Translations under genes and position numbers: made by a program
The notes under the pieces: model-generated
The model's database searches: none
What the model saw: the letters and a program-made list of their open reading frames with translations, nothing else
Told to the model about the DNA's origin: nothing
Assembly: GCF_003018115.1 (NCBI RefSeq)
Contig: NZ_CP027457.1
Strand: one strand, 5' to 3'
Source of the DNA: Escherichia coli
GTDB taxonomy: Bacteria > Pseudomonadota > Gammaproteobacteria > Enterobacterales > Enterobacteriaceae
DNA length: 64,000 bases
Shown: one piece after another, positions 45,323 to 57,996 of the stretch
How the letters are laid out: the number at the start of each line of letters is the position of its first letter
Position numbering within the stretch: the first letter of the stretch is position 1

Positions 45323-46494
45323 TATTTTTCTTCCTTCTTATCGCCGTGAGCCTTACCTGCGGTGTCAGACGCATTCATTTGCAGATATTTCAACAAGGTG
45401 CGTTCTTCACGTTTATCGAGGCTGGTAAAGCCAATCATGCCGTTGAGCGTGCCGATCCAACCGTTAGCGTCAAAGTGGGAGATTTCCGGTGCGCCGTGGC
45501 ACTGGTTACAGGTGCCGTTGTACAACGAATCAGCATAAGCCCAGATCGGTTTGATATCGTTCACCATGTCGCCTTTCTTCATCCACGCGGTGGCCTGCAA
45601 CTTGCTCCACTCGGTATTGGTGTCGGCTACGGTGGTTTTCTCCAGCGTTTTCACCTGCTGCTGCACATCACCACGAATCGAGGCAACAAAGATGCGCTTA
45701 CCTGGGAATTGGGTGAGTACACGCTGACGTCCGGCGCTTTCTGTCCAGCCGGTAATTTCAATTTGCAGCCAGTCGCCGTCACGTTTAAGGACTTTCACTT
45801 CCGAGGCAGGCAGCAGAGAACCTGAGGCTTCTTTATCGCCTTTCGCCGCATAAATCGGCTTAATATCAATAGAGTACAGCGTGTCACCACTGTCATTAGC
45901 ACTGGCGCGCAGCTCATCGAACTGCTTACGGAAGCCGCTACTCATATCCGGTAACTGGTGGGCAATACCTTTATGACAGTCGATGCAGGATTGATTATCT
46001 TTCGCTGCCACCTTCATCTGACGTGCCGCTTCAGGATGCTGCTTCGCATGATCCATCGCGTCGTAGTTATGGCAGGAGCGGCAGGTTGCCGAGTTGTTTT
46101 CTTTCATTCGCGCCCATTCACGCTCGGCAAGTTCCGCGCGTTTGGCTTCGAATTTCTCAGGTGTATCAATGGAGTGGGCAATAAAGGTCTGGTAGATATC
46201 GTTGCTCGCTTCCAGTTTACGCTTCACCATGCCTGGAATATCCGGCGGGATATGACAGTCATGGCATTCAGCTCGCACGCCGGAGGCGTTCTGGAAATGC
46301 ACCGACTGTTTATATTCTTCATACACCGGTTGCATACTGTGGCAACTGACACAAAATTCGGTTGTGCTGGTGACTTTGATCCCAACGTGTGGCAATACAA
46401 TCAGCGCAATGCCAATCACAATCCCAATAGCGACCAGCGCCAGTACCGACCAACGAGCACTGGGTCGGCGTAGCGCGTTCCAGAGTTTCCGCAT
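45322..46494 (-). CDS. torC: TorC, pentahaem c-type cytochrome
   Basis: 390-aa protein from MRKLWNALRRP with multiple CxxCH haem motifs. Confidence 0.9.
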   Translation of the reverse strand: MRKLWNALRRPSARWSVLALVAIGIVIGIALIVLPHVGIKVTSTTEFCVSCHSMQPVYEEYKQSVHFQNASGVRAECHDCHIPPDIPGMVKRKLEASNDIYQTFIAHSIDTPEKFEAKRAELAEREWARMKENNSATCRSCHNYDAMDHAKQHPEAARQMKVAAKDNQSCIDCHKGIAHQLPDMSSGFRKQFDELRASANDSGDTLYSIDIKPIYAAKGDKEASGSLLPASEVKVLKRDGDWLQIEITGWTESAGRQRVLTQFPGKRIFVASIRGDVQQQVKTLEKTTVADTNTEWSKLQATAWMKKGDMVNDIKPIWAYADSLYNGTCNQCHGAPEISHFDANGWIGTLNGMIGFTSLDKREERTLLKYLQMNASDTAGKAHGDKKEEK

Positions 46495-46542
46495 AATAGC
46501 CCCTGTAAAATTATGGTTTAGTGAAGCGATCTTAATGAGCAA

Positions 46543-46605
46543 ATATGAACAGCGGCACTGGTCAGGATGAATGGCTTACGGCAGAATATGAACAGATATG
46601 AACAG
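46543..46605 (-). promoter_or_regulatory. tor boxes (TorR binding decamers) in torC promoter
   Basis: Three perfect ATATGAACAG (reverse complement of CTGTTCATAT) at 46543, 46586 and 46596. Confidence 0.7.
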
Positions 46606-46623
46606 AATGAGTAAAACCCTCTG

Positions 46624-47316
46624 ATGCCACATCACATTGTTATTGTTGAAGATGAGCCGGTTACCCAGGCGCGATTACAATCCTACTTCACTCAGGAGGG
46701 GTATACCGTTTCCGTTACGGCGAGCGGTGCCGGGCTGCGGGAAATTATGCAGAATCAGCCGGTGGATTTAATTCTGCTGGATATCAACTTGCCCGATGAA
46801 AATGGCCTGATGTTAACCCGCGCCCTGCGAGAACGCTCAACGGTGGGGATTATTCTGGTTACCGGACGCAGCGATCGGATTGACCGTATTGTTGGGCTGG
46901 AAATGGGCGCAGACGATTACGTCACCAAACCGCTGGAACTGCGCGAACTGGTAGTACGGGTAAAAAATCTGCTCTGGCGAATCGACCTCGCGCGACAAGT
47001 TCAACCGCTCACTCAGGACAACTGCTATCGCTTTGCGGGTTATTGCCTGAATGTGTCGCGCCATACGCTGGAGCGGGATGGTGAGCCGATTAAACTGACC
47101 CGCGCAGAGTATGAAATGTTGGTGGCATTTGTGACGAATCCGGGAGAAATTCTCAGCCGTGAACGTCTGCTGCGTATGCTCTCTGCGCGTCGGGTGGAAA
47201 ACCCTGACCTGCGCACCGTCGATGTGTTAATTCGTCGTTTACGCCATAAACTCAGCGCGGATTTACTGGTGACGCAACATGGCGAAGGTTATTTCTTAGC
47301 CGCTGATGTGTGCTGA
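46624..47316 (+). CDS. torR: TorR, OmpR-family response regulator
   Basis: 230-aa ORF with receiver domain. Confidence 0.9.
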   Translation: MPHHIVIVEDEPVTQARLQSYFTQEGYTVSVTASGAGLREIMQNQPVDLILLDINLPDENGLMLTRALRERSTVGIILVTGRSDRIDRIVGLEMGADDYVTKPLELRELVVRVKNLLWRIDLARQVQPLTQDNCYRFAGYCLNVSRHTLERDGEPIKLTRAEYEMLVAFVTNPGEILSRERLLRMLSARRVENPDLRTVDVLIRRLRHKLSADLLVTQHGEGYFLAADVC

Positions 47317-48317
47317 TAAAAATAGACCGGACGAAATCCCCCTGGCGACAGCGAGCGGCGGATATGTTCGCGGTCGGCATTTTTCGGCGTCAGAACTAAA
47401 ATCGGTGGGCTGACATTATCAGATACCGATTGTCCCTGTAATTGCCTGATGGCCTGCTCAACCGCCAGTTCCCCCTGCCAGACCATTTGATCGCTGGCAG
47501 CCATAATCACTCTTCCCCGCTTCAGCCCGCGATACACCTGATGTGAAAGATAAAACGACACCACGGTAAGCGGCGTTTTCAGGTTACGCCCTTCCCCCAT
47601 TGCCGCCTCTGCCGCAATGGCCGTTCCGGCAACGACGTCGATTTCTGGATGGCGTTCCAGCATCTCCTGCAACAGGTTACGCTGGATTTCAATATCGTTA
47701 TCACCAAGCGCAATATCAACAATACGCACCGGGCTTCCGGCAATGGCTGCGCGAAAACCCTCGACCATCTCCTTACTGCCCCCGGCGTTATCGGGTCCGG
47801 GCATCAACAGCACGTTCAGTGGTTTACCGTGCGCCCATTGCACCAGATATCGCCCAGGTTGATAGCCCATCTGAAACCAGGGTACACCAACGCGGCTTTT
47901 CACCTGGGGAGCATCAATAGCATTTACCAGTTCGATCACCGGCAGACTTGCTACCTGCTTTTGCAGATCGGGAAATGACGTCGTGCTACTACCGAGCAAA
48001 ATGGCCTCTGCGCCCCACTGTTTACACTGGTCGATTTGTGCTTGCTGGGTAGCCAACTGGCTGTAGCCGCCTGCCTCCAGCACTTTTAAATCCACACCGT
48101 AGCGGCGAGCAGCCTCCTGCATACCATAGTTCAACGATAACCAGTATGAATCTTTCAGGCTCGGATAAAGCGCGCACAGTTTCCATGCGCGTTTGGCTTT
48201 AAGCGGCATAGAGGCTTGCACCGTGAAATGCTGCGCATCATGCCAGCGCAACAGGTTATCAGCCGAAAATGCCGGCAACATGAAAAGGGAAAGAAGTAAA
48301 AATAGCAGTACGCGCAT
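47289..48317 (-). CDS. torT: TorT, periplasmic TMAO-binding protein
   Basis: 342-aa ORF with signal peptide; 3' end overlaps torR. Confidence 0.9.
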   Translation of the reverse strand: MRVLLFLLLSLFMLPAFSADNLLRWHDAQHFTVQASMPLKAKRAWKLCALYPSLKDSYWLSLNYGMQEAARRYGVDLKVLEAGGYSQLATQQAQIDQCKQWGAEAILLGSSTTSFPDLQKQVASLPVIELVNAIDAPQVKSRVGVPWFQMGYQPGRYLVQWAHGKPLNVLLMPGPDNAGGSKEMVEGFRAAIAGSPVRIVDIALGDNDIEIQRNLLQEMLERHPEIDVVAGTAIAAEAAMGEGRNLKTPLTVVSFYLSHQVYRGLKRGRVIMAASDQMVWQGELAVEQAIRQLQGQSVSDNVSPPILVLTPKNADREHIRRSLSPGGFRPVYFYQHTSAAKK

Positions 48318-48399
48318 GATAGCCTCATCAATAATAAGGCTTTATGCTAGATGCATTCCGCTTTGCGACTCAACCTTTTTCACCTTAAGTACACCGACC

Positions 48400-51144
48400 G
48401 TGAATTTAACCCTGACCCGAAGACTCTGGATGGGCTTTGCCCTGATGGCGCTGTTAACCCTGACCAGTACCCTGGTGGGATGGTACAACCTGCGCTTTAT
48501 CAGCCAGGTGGAAAAAGACAATACTCAGGCATTGATTCCTACCATGAATATGGCGCGCCAGTTGAGCGAAGCCAGCGCCTGGGAACTTTTCGCCGCGCAG
48601 AACCTGACCAGTGCCGATAACGAAAAGATGTGGCAGGCGCAGGGGCGAATGCTCACCGCACAAAGCCTGAAGATTAATGCGTTGCTGCAAGCGTTACGGG
48701 AACAAGGTTTTGATACCACCGCTATTGAACAACAGGAGCAGGAGATCTCCCGTTCGTTACGTCAGCAAGGGGAACTGGTGGGGCAGCGTTTGCAACTGCG
48801 CCAGCAACAACAGCGACTCAGTCAGCAGATAGTCGCCGCCGCCGATGAGATCGCACGCCTGGCGCAAGGTCAGGCGAATAATGCGGCAACCTCCGCCGGA
48901 GCGACCCAGGCCGGGATTTACGATTTGATCGAACAAGATCAGCGTCAGGCTGCTGAAAGTGCACTCGATCGGCTGATTGATATCGATCTTGAGTATGTTA
49001 ACCAGATGAATGAACTGCGCCTTAGCGCTCTGCGGGTGCAGCAAATGGTGATGAATCTGGGGCTGGAGCAGATCCAGAAAAATGCACCAACGCTGAAAAA
49101 GCAGCTCAATAATGCGGTGAAAATTCTGCAACGTCGGCAAATACGCATTGAAGATCCGGGAGTTCGTGCTCAGGTCGCAACAACGTTAACTACCGTTAGC
49201 CAATATAGCGATTTGCTGGCGCTGTTCCAGCAGGACAGTGAAATCAGCAATCACCTGCAAACTCTCGCCCAAAATAATATCGCCCAGTTCGCGCAGTTTA
49301 GTAGCGAAGTCAGTCAGCTGGTCGACACCATTGAGCTGCGCAATCAGCATGGACTGGCGCATCTGGAAAAAGCCAGTGCACGCGGGCAATACAGCCTGTT
49401 ATTGCTGGGGATGGTTTCACTTTGCGCCCTGATTCTGATCCTCTGGCGCGTGGTTTATCGCTCAGTCACGCGTCCACTTGCCGAACAAACGCAGGCGCTG
49501 CAACGGCTGCTGGACGGTGATATTGACTCCCCTTTCCCGGAAACCGCTGGCGTACGGGAGCTGGATACCATCGGGCGGCTGATGGATGCGTTTCGCAGCA
49601 GTGTTCATGCACTGAATCGCCACCGCGAACAGCTGGCGGCGCAGGTCAAAGCGCGTACAGCTGAATTGCAGGAACTGGTGATAGAACACCGACAGGCACG
49701 GGCGGAAGCAGAAAAAGCCAGCCAGGCAAAATCGGCGTTTCTGGCGGCGATGAGCCATGAGATCCGCACACCGCTGTACGGTATTCTCGGCACTGCTCAA
49801 CTGCTGGCAGATAACCCCGCACTTAACGCCCAGCGTGATGATTTGCGGGCGATTACCGACTCTGGCGAATCGTTGCTGACCATCCTCAACGATATTCTCG
49901 ATTATTCGGCTATCGAAGCAGGTGGCAAGAATGTTTCGGTCAGCGATGAACCCTTTGAACCGCGCCCGCTGCTGGAAAGTACCCTGCAATTAATGAGCGG
50001 ACGGGTGAAAGGTCGGCCAATTCGCCTGACAACTGAAATGGCCGACGATGTACCGACTGCGTTAATGGGCGATCCGCGACGTATTCGTCAGGTTATAACC
50101 AACCTGTTGAGCAACGCCCTACGTTTTACTGACGAAGGGCAGATCGTTTTACGTAGCCGCACTGATGGCGAGCAATGGCTGGTCGAAGTGGAAGACAGCG
50201 GCTGCGGTATTGATCCCGCGAAACTGGCAGAAATCTTCCAGCCATTTGTGCAGGTAAGCGGCAAACGCGGCGGCACCGGGCTGGGGCTGACTATCAGTAG
50301 CCGTCTGGCCCAGGCGATGGGCGGCGAACTGAGTGCCACCAGCACGCCGGAGGTTGGAAGCTGTTTTTGTTTACGCTTGCCGTTACGTGTTGCCACGGCA
50401 CCCGTGCCAAAAACAGTCAATCAGGCGGTGCGTCTTGACGGTTTACGTTTGCTGTTAATTGAAGATAACCCGCTAACCCAGCGAATTACCGTTGAGATGC
50501 TGAACACCAGTGGTGCGCAGGTTGTTGCTATTGGCAATGCCGCGCAGGCTTTAGAGACACTGCAAAATAGCGAACCGTTTGCTGCCGCACTGGTGGATTT
50601 TGATCTGCCGGATATCGACGGCATTACCCTTGCCCGGCAACTGGCACAGCAATATCCGTCGCTGGTTTTGATTGGCTTTAGCGCCCATGTCATTGACGAA
50701 ACGCTGCGCCAGCGTACCAGTTCACTATTTCGCGGGATTATCCCTAAACCGGTGCCGCGTGAAGTGCTCGGTCAGTTACTGGCGCACTATCTCCAACTGC
50801 AAGCCAATAACGATCTACCACTGGATGTCTCGCAACTCAATGAAGACGCTCAGTTAATGGGGACGGAGAAGATCCACGAATGGCTGGCATTATTTAAACA
50901 ACATGCCCTGCCGCTTCTCGATGAAATCGACATTGCCCGCGCCAGCCAGGACAGCGAGAAAATAAAGCGTGCCGCGCATCAGCTAAAAAGCAGTTGCTCG
51001 AGTCTGGGAATGCGTAGCGCCAGTCAGCTATGCGCACAACTGGAGCAGCAGCCATTATCTGCCCCCCTTCCACACGAAGAAATTACACGCAGTGTTGCCG
51101 CTCTGGAAGCATGGTTGAATAAGAAAGACCTGAACGCGATTTGA
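48400..51144 (+). CDS. torS: TorS, hybrid sensor kinase
   Basis: 914 codons from GTG ([13 protein letters not shown]); HisKA, ATPase, receiver and HPt regions. Confidence 0.85.
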   Translation: MNLTLTRRLWMGFALMALLTLTSTLVGWYNLRFISQVEKDNTQALIPTMNMARQLSEASAWELFAAQNLTSADNEKMWQAQGRMLTAQSLKINALLQALREQGFDTTAIEQQEQEISRSLRQQGELVGQRLQLRQQQQRLSQQIVAAADEIARLAQGQANNAATSAGATQAGIYDLIEQDQRQAAESALDRLIDIDLEYVNQMNELRLSALRVQQMVMNLGLEQIQKNAPTLKKQLNNAVKILQRRQIRIEDPGVRAQVATTLTTVSQYSDLLALFQQDSEISNHLQTLAQNNIAQFAQFSSEVSQLVDTIELRNQHGLAHLEKASARGQYSLLLLGMVSLCALILILWRVVYRSVTRPLAEQTQALQRLLDGDIDSPFPETAGVRELDTIGRLMDAFRSSVHALNRHREQLAAQVKARTAELQELVIEHRQARAEAEKASQAKSAFLAAMSHEIRTPLYGILGTAQLLADNPALNAQRDDLRAITDSGESLLTILNDILDYSAIEAGGKNVSVSDEPFEPRPLLESTLQLMSGRVKGRPIRLTTEMADDVPTALMGDPRRIRQVITNLLSNALRFTDEGQIVLRSRTDGEQWLVEVEDSGCGIDPAKLAEIFQPFVQVSGKRGGTGLGLTISSRLAQAMGGELSATSTPEVGSCFCLRLPLRVATAPVPKTVNQAVRLDGLRLLLIEDNPLTQRITVEMLNTSGAQVVAIGNAAQALETLQNSEPFAAALVDFDLPDIDGITLARQLAQQYPSLVLIGFSAHVIDETLRQRTSSLFRGIIPKPVPREVLGQLLAHYLQLQANNDLPLDVSQLNEDAQLMGTEKIHEWLALFKQHALPLLDEIDIARASQDSEKIKRAAHQLKSSCSSLGMRSASQLCAQLEQQPLSAPLPHEEITRSVAALEAWLNKKDLNAI

Positions 51145-51215
51145 ATCAATATCAGCCAGTTAAGAATAACTAGAATAGTGGCATTTGGTATGCAACTTAA
51201 CGGACTGGCAAAATC

Positions 51216-52289
51216 ATGGCAGAGAAAAAAAGAACCCGCTGGCAGCGGCGGCCAGGCACGACGGGCGGCAAATTACCGTGGAATGACTGGCGCAATGCCA
51301 CGACCTGGCGTAAAGCGACGCAATTCTTACTATTGGCAATGAATATTTATATTGCCATCACGTTCTGGTATTGGGTGCGCTATTACGAAACGGCAGGTAG
51401 TACGACATTTCTCGCCAGACCGGGAGGTATCGAAGGCTGGCTACCGATTGCCGGTTTGATGAATCTGAAATATAGCCTTGCAACAGGTCAGGTACCGTCC
51501 ATCCACGCCGCCGCGATGCTGTTATTGGTCGCTTTTATCGTCATCAGTCTATTACTCAAAAAGGCCTTTTGTTCATGGTTATGCCCGGTTGGTACGCTTT
51601 CTGAATTAATCGGCGATCTCGGTAACAAACTGTTTGGTCGGCAATTTGTCCTTCCCCGCTGGCTGGATATTCCTCTGCGCGGCGTGAAGTATTTGCTGTT
51701 GAGTTTTTTTCTCTATATCGCGTTATTGATGCCCGCTCAGGCGATTCACTATTTTATGTTGTCGCCCTACAGCGTGGTGATGGACGTTAAAATGCTCGAT
51801 TTCTTTCGTCATATGGGGACCGCGACATTAATCAGCGTGACCGTTTTGCTGATTGCCAGCCTGTTTATTCGCCATGCCTGGTGTCGTTATCTTTGCCCAT
51901 ATGGCGCGCTGATGGGCGTGATTTCGCTATTATCGCCGTTTAAGATTCGTCGCAATGCCGAAAGTTGTATCGACTGTGGCAAATGCGCAAAAAATTGCCC
52001 ATCATGGATCCCGGTCGATAAATTAATTCAGGTACGAACAGTGGAATGTACCGGCTGTATGACTTGCGTAGAGTCATGTCCGGTAGCCTCAACATTGACC
52101 TTTTCACTGCAAAAACCTGCGGCAAATAAAAAAGCCTTTGCGTTGTCTGGCTGGTTAATGACGCTACTGGTTCTGGGGATTATGTTTACGGTGATTGGTT
52201 ACGCAATGTATGCGGGAGTATGGCAAAGCCCGGTACCGGATGAATTGTACCGACGCTTAATTCCACAAGCGCCAATGATTGGCCACTAA
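51216..52289 (+). CDS. yccM: YccM, 4Fe-4S membrane protein
   Basis: 357-aa ORF with TM helices and CxxCxxCxxxCP ferredoxin motifs. Confidence 0.85.
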   Translation: MAEKKRTRWQRRPGTTGGKLPWNDWRNATTWRKATQFLLLAMNIYIAITFWYWVRYYETAGSTTFLARPGGIEGWLPIAGLMNLKYSLATGQVPSIHAAAMLLLVAFIVISLLLKKAFCSWLCPVGTLSELIGDLGNKLFGRQFVLPRWLDIPLRGVKYLLLSFFLYIALLMPAQAIHYFMLSPYSVVMDVKMLDFFRHMGTATLISVTVLLIASLFIRHAWCRYLCPYGALMGVISLLSPFKIRRNAESCIDCGKCAKNCPSWIPVDKLIQVRTVECTGCMTCVESCPVASTLTFSLQKPAANKKAFALSGWLMTLLVLGIMFTVIGYAMYAGVWQSPVPDELYRRLIPQAPMIGH

Positions 52290-52336
52290 ATTAGCAACAA
52301 GCGGAACATCACCTCGCACGGGTGATGTTCACAAAA

Positions 52337-52510
52337 TCACATTATTTTGATTTTGACATCATAACTTTCAAGCCCGGTCATTTTTTCTCGTGCGGTGAAG
52401 CGAATTTCAGAGACTTCTTTCCCTGTATTCTTGTTCAGCTCGGCGATTTTTTGCGCGATAAAGTCGGCGATTTCCGTTTCGGCTTGTTTTTTTAACTCTT
52501 CAATATTCAC
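52337..52510 (-). CDS. gnsA: GnsA, small regulator of unsaturated fatty acid content
   Basis: 57 codons from GTG; translation (V)NIEELKKQAETEIADFIAQKIAELNK...YDVKIKIM. Confidence 0.75.
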   Translation of the reverse strand: MNIEELKKQAETEIADFIAQKIAELNKNTGKEVSEIRFTAREKMTGLESYDVKIKIM

Positions 52511-52730
52511 TGTTAACCTCGTCTGGTCTTGAAAGACAGCAACACGCCAGTAAGGTGTTGGTTCCCGGTACCCTGGTCAGGTAAGAAATGTTATAAGCCA
52601 TCTCCCCGAAAGATTCAATAATCAACAGGTTATCGCTTACTATACATACAGCGTTGAAGAAAAATAAGGCAGATATAAAAAAGGCTCCACGAGGGAGCCT
52701 GATATTATTTTGTGAAATCCAGCGGCGCAT
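52500..52730 (-). CDS. ymcE: YmcE, small cold-shock-region protein
   Basis: 76-aa protein MRRWISQNNIRLPRGAFFISALFFF... Confidence 0.7.
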   Translation of the reverse strand: MRRWISQNNIRLPRGAFFISALFFFNAVCIVSDNLLIIESFGEMAYNISYLTRVPGTNTLLACCCLSRPDEVNSEY

Positions 52731-52903
52731 GGTCAGTGCGTATTTGCAGCGCGACGTTATCAAAGGTGATCATCGTCGATTTACAAAAAATACACTTAGC
52801 GCCCAAAGGGTTTCGCTCCGTCACATCGAATGCTGATGTGCGGTACTGTGAACCATGACAACATGGACAGCGGAAATGGAGATGTTGAGTAATAACGGCA
52901 ACC

Positions 52904-53116
52904 TTAGAGCGTAACAACGTTCGCTGCCGCGGGGCCACGTTGCCCCTGCTCAATAGAAAATTCAACTTTCTGATTTTCGTTCAGCGTGCGGAATTCATTG
53001 CTCTGGATGGCGGTGAAATGGACGAAAACGTCTTTGCTGCCATCATCAGGAGTGATAAAGCCAAAACCTTTATCTGCGTTAAACCATTTTACTAAACCAG
53101 TCATTTTATTAGACAT
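52904..53116 (-). CDS. cspG: CspG, cold-shock protein
   Basis: 70-aa CSD protein [21 protein letters not shown]. Confidence 0.9.
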   Translation of the reverse strand: MSNKMTGLVKWFNADKGFGFITPDDGSKDVFVHFTAIQSNEFRTLNENQKVEFSIEQGQRGPAAANVVTL

Positions 53117-53401
53117 ATTTTACTTCCTTCATTTTGGGCCTTTCGGCAAACAGGGCTTTAATACAGAAACTACTTAGTGTTCAGGAGAGAGACTCAAAAG
53201 AAGGGGATAATGCCTGATAATGAGAACTGCTTTAGTAAACTACTTTGTATGCTGTCTGTCTTTCAAACCGACGCAGCTATTAACGCATGATAATTGAGAT
53301 TAAGCAAATTTTATTTTAGCCGTCCGGCGGTCTTAAATATCGCTGGCTTTATTTTATTAACCCCGTATAGTGCAGCGCAGTATTTTCAGTAAGGAATTTG
53401 T

Positions 53402-53614
53402 TTGTCCCGTAAAATGACAGGAATTGTCAAAACCTTTGATCGCAAAAGCGGCAAAGGATTCATTATCCCCTCCGACGGTCGTAAAGAAGTTCAGGTCCAT
53501 ATTTCCGCATTAACTCCCCGCGACGCAGAAGTGCTTATACCAGGATTACGCGTGGAATTTTGCCGCGTAAATGGCCTGCGAGGACCAACAGCGGCAAATG
53601 TTTATCTCTCTTAA
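53402..53614 (+). CDS. cspH: CspH, cold-shock-like protein
   Basis: 70-aa CSD protein [21 protein letters not shown]. Confidence 0.9.
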   Translation: MSRKMTGIVKTFDRKSGKGFIIPSDGRKEVQVHISALTPRDAEVLIPGLRVEFCRVNGLRGPTAANVYLS

Positions 53615-54055
53615 TATGACGCTGCTTGTTTAAAGCTGACTGGTTTTATTGGCATAGTTCAATAGTCAACACCATGTATTATAACACAAGTTACTTTTTC
53701 ACCGGAAAACTAATCCATTTAACCGAATATCTCTACAACTAATAGTTATAAATGCCACTTAACAGCGAGTTATAGTACCACTTGAAACTATATTGCCAAC
53801 AATAGTTAATAGCTTTCTTAACAATTTTCTTATCTTTAATTTGTATTTTGCTAAGATTTATCTTATGCTCACAAGTCGTATTTCCAGAGGGGAATAGTTA
53901 ACAATCTTATATTTCCCTCTGCGCGCCTTTCTCACCCGCTGTATATAGTGCAAGTGGTATGAGGAAAGGGAGATTTCACAAGGATGTTATACTCAAAGTA
54001 GACAATCCTGATCTCAAGCGTACGTATTGTCCATGCGATGAATAAAGGAAAAGTT

Positions 54056-54361
54056 ATGAAACACAAGCTTTCTGCAATCCTTATGGCCTTCATGTTGACG
54101 ACGCCAGCTGCGTTTGCTGCCCCTGAAGCAGCAAACGGGACCGAGGCAACGACGGGTACTACTGGCACCACAACGACCACTACCGGTGCAACCACGACGG
54201 CTGCTACCACTGGTGGCGTGGCTGCTGGCGCTGTCGGCACGGCGACAGTTGTCGGTGTGGCAACGGCTGTTGGTGTGGCGACGTTGGCAGTAGTTGCAGC
54301 AAATGACAGTGGCGATGGCGGTTCTCATAACACCTCAACCACCACGTCCACTACGCGCTAA
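54056..54361 (+). CDS. gfcA: GfcA (YmcD), Thr/Gly-rich small membrane protein
   Basis: 101-aa protein MKHKLSAILMAF... with long Thr-rich low-complexity tract. Confidence 0.8.
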   Translation: MKHKLSAILMAFMLTTPAAFAAPEAANGTEATTGTTGTTTTTTGATTTAATTGGVAAGAVGTATVVGVATAVGVATLAVVAANDSGDGGSHNTSTTTSTTR

Positions 54362-54467
54362 TTCTGCTTAAACGCGTCGAAATTAAAGTTAAATAATACC
54401 CGGTTGCGATATTCGTACCGGGCTTTAGAGATTTGCATTTTTTTAATTAAGCTTTCAAGGATTAAAG

Positions 54468-55112
54468 GTGCGCCCTCTTATTTTATCGATTTTCGCACTA
54501 TTTCTTGCGGGATGTACGCACAGCCAGCAAAGTATGGTCGATACATTTCGCGCCAGCCTTTTCGATAATCAGGATATCACCGTAGCGGATCAGCAGATCC
54601 AGGCGTTGCCTTATTCCACGATGTATTTACGCCTTAATGAAGGGCAACGAATCTTTGTGGTACTGGGATATATAGAACAAGAACAAAGCAAATGGTTATC
54701 CCAGGATAACGCCATGCTGGTTACTCATAATGGACGTCTTTTAAAGACCGTCAAACTTAATAATAATCTGCTGGAAGTGACAAATTCCGGGCAGGACCCT
54801 CTGCGTAACGCGCTGACAATAAAAGACGGCAGCCGCTGGACGCGCGATATTCTCTGGAGTGAAGACAACCATTTTCGCTCTGCGACCCTGAGTTCCACTT
54901 TTTCCTTTGCTGGATTAGAGACGCTGCATATTGCGGGTCGCGATGTGCTGTGTAATGTCTGGCAGGAAGAGGTGACTTCCACGCTACCAGAAAAACAGTG
55001 GCAAAACACATTCTGGGTCGATTCGGCTACTGGCCAGGTTCGTCAAAGTCGGCAAATGTTAGGCGCAGGGGTTATTCCCGTAGAAATGACGTTTCTTAAA
55101 CCCGCACCATGA
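54468..55112 (+). CDS. gfcB: GfcB lipoprotein
   Basis: 214-aa ORF with lipobox LAGC. Confidence 0.9.
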   Translation: MRPLILSIFALFLAGCTHSQQSMVDTFRASLFDNQDITVADQQIQALPYSTMYLRLNEGQRIFVVLGYIEQEQSKWLSQDNAMLVTHNGRLLKTVKLNNNLLEVTNSGQDPLRNALTIKDGSRWTRDILWSEDNHFRSATLSSTFSFAGLETLHIAGRDVLCNVWQEEVTSTLPEKQWQNTFWVDSATGQVRQSRQMLGAGVIPVEMTFLKPAP

Positions 55113-55855
55113 ATAAATTACAGTCGTATTTCATTGCCAGCGTACTTTACGTAATGACACCCCATGCCTTTGCGCAAGGAACGGTGACTATTTATCTGCC
55201 TGGCGAACAACAGACACTTTCCGTTGGCCCCGTGGAAAATGTTGTCCAGTTGGTGACACAACCGCAACTGCGCGATCGCCTCTGGTGGCCTGGTGCCCTG
55301 CTGACCGACTCCGCGGTGAAAGCTAAAGCGCTTAAAGACTACCAACATGTCATGGCACAGCTTGCTTCCTGGGAAGCAGAAGCTGACGACGATGTGGCGG
55401 CAACGATTAAATCCGTGCGCCAGCAGTTACTCAATCTCAATATCACTGGTCGCTTACCGGTCAAACTGGACCCTGATTTTGTACGAGTGGATGAGAATAG
55501 CAATCCCCCGCTGGTCGGGGACTATACGCTCTATACCGTACAGCGTCCGGTGACTATTACTCTGCTGGGTGCGGTTTCTGGGGCTGGGCAATTGCCCTGG
55601 CAGGCAGGCCGTAGCGTTACCGATTATCTGCAAGATCACCCCCGTCTTGCAGGCGCGGACAAGAATAACGTTATGGTGATTACTCCTGAGGGTGAGACTG
55701 TCGTCGCCCCTGTTGCCCTGTGGAATAAAAGACATGTGGAACCACCGCCTGGCAGCCAGCTTTGGTTAGGCTTTTCTGCGCATGTACTGCCCGAAAAATA
55801 TGCTGATTTAAATGACCAGATTGTGTCTGTTTTAACGCAACGTGTTCCTGACTGA
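55109..55855 (+). CDS. gfcC: GfcC, periplasmic capsule-assembly protein
   Basis: 248-aa ORF with signal peptide. Confidence 0.9.
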   Translation: MNKLQSYFIASVLYVMTPHAFAQGTVTIYLPGEQQTLSVGPVENVVQLVTQPQLRDRLWWPGALLTDSAVKAKALKDYQHVMAQLASWEAEADDDVAATIKSVRQQLLNLNITGRLPVKLDPDFVRVDENSNPPLVGDYTLYTVQRPVTITLLGAVSGAGQLPWQAGRSVTDYLQDHPRLAGADKNNVMVITPEGETVVAPVALWNKRHVEPPPGSQLWLGFSAHVLPEKYADLNDQIVSVLTQRVPD

Positions 55856-57951
55856 TGAAGAAGAATTCTTATCTTTTAAGCTGCCTGGCCATTGCCGTCT
55901 CCAGTGCCTGTCATGCTGAAGTATTAACCTACCCGGATCCGCTGGGTTCGTCGCAATCGGACTTTGGCGGCACAGGATTGTTGCAGATGCCAAATGCACG
56001 CATCGCACCGGAGGGTGAATTCAGCGTCAACTACCGGGATAACGATCAATACCGTTTCTACTCCACGTCCGTGGCGCTGTTCCCATGGCTGGAAGGCACC
56101 ATTCGTTATACGGATGTGCGCACACGCAAATATAGCCAGTGGGAAGATTTCAGCGGCGATCAGTCATACAAAGACAAATCATTCGATTTTAAACTTCGCC
56201 TGTGGGAAGAAGGTTACTGGCTACCGCAAGTGGCGTTTGGTAAACGTGATATTGCTGGTACGGGTCTGTTTGACGGTGAGTATCTGGTGGCCAGCAAGCA
56301 AGCGGGGCCATTTGATTTCACCCTCGGGATGGCATGGGGCTACGCCGGTAATGCGGGCAATATTACCAACCCGTTTTGCCGGGTGAGCGATAAATATTGT
56401 CATCGCGCAGAGTCTCACGATGCGGGCGATATCAGCTTTAGCGATATCTTTCGTGGCCCGGCCTCCATCTTTGGCGGCATTGAGTATCAAACGCCGTGGA
56501 ATCCCCTGCGTCTGAAACTCGAATACGACGGCAACAATTACCAGAATGATTTCGCTGGCAAACTGCCTCAGGCAAGCCATTTCAACGTCGGTGCAGTTTA
56601 TCGCGCTGCCAGCTGGGCAGACCTCAACCTGAGTTATGAACGCGGTAACACGTTGATGTTTGGTTTCACTTTACGGACCAATTTCAACGATCTGCGCCCT
56701 GCCCTGCGCGATACGCCAAAACCGGCATATCAACCTGCGCCTGAATCTGAAGGATTGCAGTACACCACGGTAGCAAACCAACTTACCGCCCTGAAGTATA
56801 ACGCGGGCTTTGACGCGCCAGAAATTCAGCTACGCGATAAGACGCTGTATATGTCTGGTCAGCAATACAAATACCGTGACTCTCGTGAAGCGGTCGATCG
56901 TGCCAACCGGATTCTGGTGAATAACCTGCCGCAAGGCGTTGAGAAGATTAGCGTGACGCAAAAGCGCGAGCATATGGCGATGGTGACTACCGAAACCGAC
57001 GTAGCCAGCCTGCGCAAACAGCTGGCTGGTACAGCGCCTGGTAAATCAGAGCAATTGCAACAACAACGTGTTGAAGCAGAAGATCTTTCTGCCTTTGGTC
57101 GGGGCTACCGTATTCGTGAAGATCGCTTTAGCTACTCTTTCAACCCAACACTTTCACAATCGCTGGGCGGCCCGGAAGATTTCTATATGTTCCAGCTGGG
57201 GCTGATGTCCAGCGCCCGCTACTGGTTTACTGACCACCTGCTGCTTGATGGCGGTATTTTCACCAATATTTACAATAACTACGACAAGTTTAAGTCTTCG
57301 CTATTACCCGCGGACTCTACCCTGCCCCGCGTGCGCACGCATATCCGTGATTACGTTCGCAATGACGTTTATCTCAACAACTTGCAGGCGAACTACTTTG
57401 CCGACTTAGGCAATGGTTTCTATGGCCAGGTGTATGGCGGTTATCTGGAAACGATGTACGCCGGTGTCGGTTCCGAGCTGCTTTATCGCCCGCTAGATGC
57501 CAGCTGGGCGCTGGGTGTGGACGTTAACTACGTGAAGCAACGTGACTGGGACAACATGATGCGCTTCACCGATTATTCCACGCCAACTGGTTTCGTGACG
57601 GCTTACTGGAACCCGCCGACGCTCAATGGCGTACTGATGAAACTTAGCGTTGGGCAATATCTGGCAAAAGATAAAGGCGCAACGATCGACGTCGCCAAAC
57701 GCTTTGACAGCGGCGTGGCGGTAGGGGTATGGGCGGCAATCAGTAACGTATCTAAAGATGACTACGGCGAAGGCGGCTTTAGTAAAGGTTTTTATATCTC
57801 GATTCCGTTCGACTTGATGACCATTGGACCTAACCGCAACCGCGCGGTGGTTTCGTGGACACCATTGACGCGTGATGGTGGACAAATGCTGTCACGCAAA
57901 TACCAGCTCTATCCAATGACGGCAGAGCGAGAAGTACCGGTTGGACAATAA
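55855..57951 (+). CDS. gfcD: GfcD, outer-membrane lipoprotein
   Basis: 698-aa ORF. Confidence 0.9.
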   Translation: MKKNSYLLSCLAIAVSSACHAEVLTYPDPLGSSQSDFGGTGLLQMPNARIAPEGEFSVNYRDNDQYRFYSTSVALFPWLEGTIRYTDVRTRKYSQWEDFSGDQSYKDKSFDFKLRLWEEGYWLPQVAFGKRDIAGTGLFDGEYLVASKQAGPFDFTLGMAWGYAGNAGNITNPFCRVSDKYCHRAESHDAGDISFSDIFRGPASIFGGIEYQTPWNPLRLKLEYDGNNYQNDFAGKLPQASHFNVGAVYRAASWADLNLSYERGNTLMFGFTLRTNFNDLRPALRDTPKPAYQPAPESEGLQYTTVANQLTALKYNAGFDAPEIQLRDKTLYMSGQQYKYRDSREAVDRANRILVNNLPQGVEKISVTQKREHMAMVTTETDVASLRKQLAGTAPGKSEQLQQQRVEAEDLSAFGRGYRIREDRFSYSFNPTLSQSLGGPEDFYMFQLGLMSSARYWFTDHLLLDGGIFTNIYNNYDKFKSSLLPADSTLPRVRTHIRDYVRNDVYLNNLQANYFADLGNGFYGQVYGGYLETMYAGVGSELLYRPLDASWALGVDVNYVKQRDWDNMMRFTDYSTPTGFVTAYWNPPTLNGVLMKLSVGQYLAKDKGATIDVAKRFDSGVAVGVWAAISNVSKDDYGEGGFSKGFYISIPFDLMTIGPNRNRAVVSWTPLTRDGGQMLSRKYQLYPMTAEREVPVGQ

Positions 57952-57996
57952 CCTGACGTAATTCATAACATTACATTGACTGATAAATATAAACCA

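Noticed and set aside
52705-52965. 86-aa minus-strand ORF with CPCC...C..C motif between ymcE and cspG (possible ymcF-like small gene)
   Set aside because: As drawn it overlaps the cspG 3' end; the in-frame codon where I expected the start is GTT, so I could not define a defensible start. Possibly a real small gene, but not supportable from sequence alone
54014-54328. Minus-strand ORFs of 102-104 aa overlapping gfcA
   Set aside because: Antisense to the Thr/Gly-rich low-complexity tract of gfcA, which generates long ORFs in several frames
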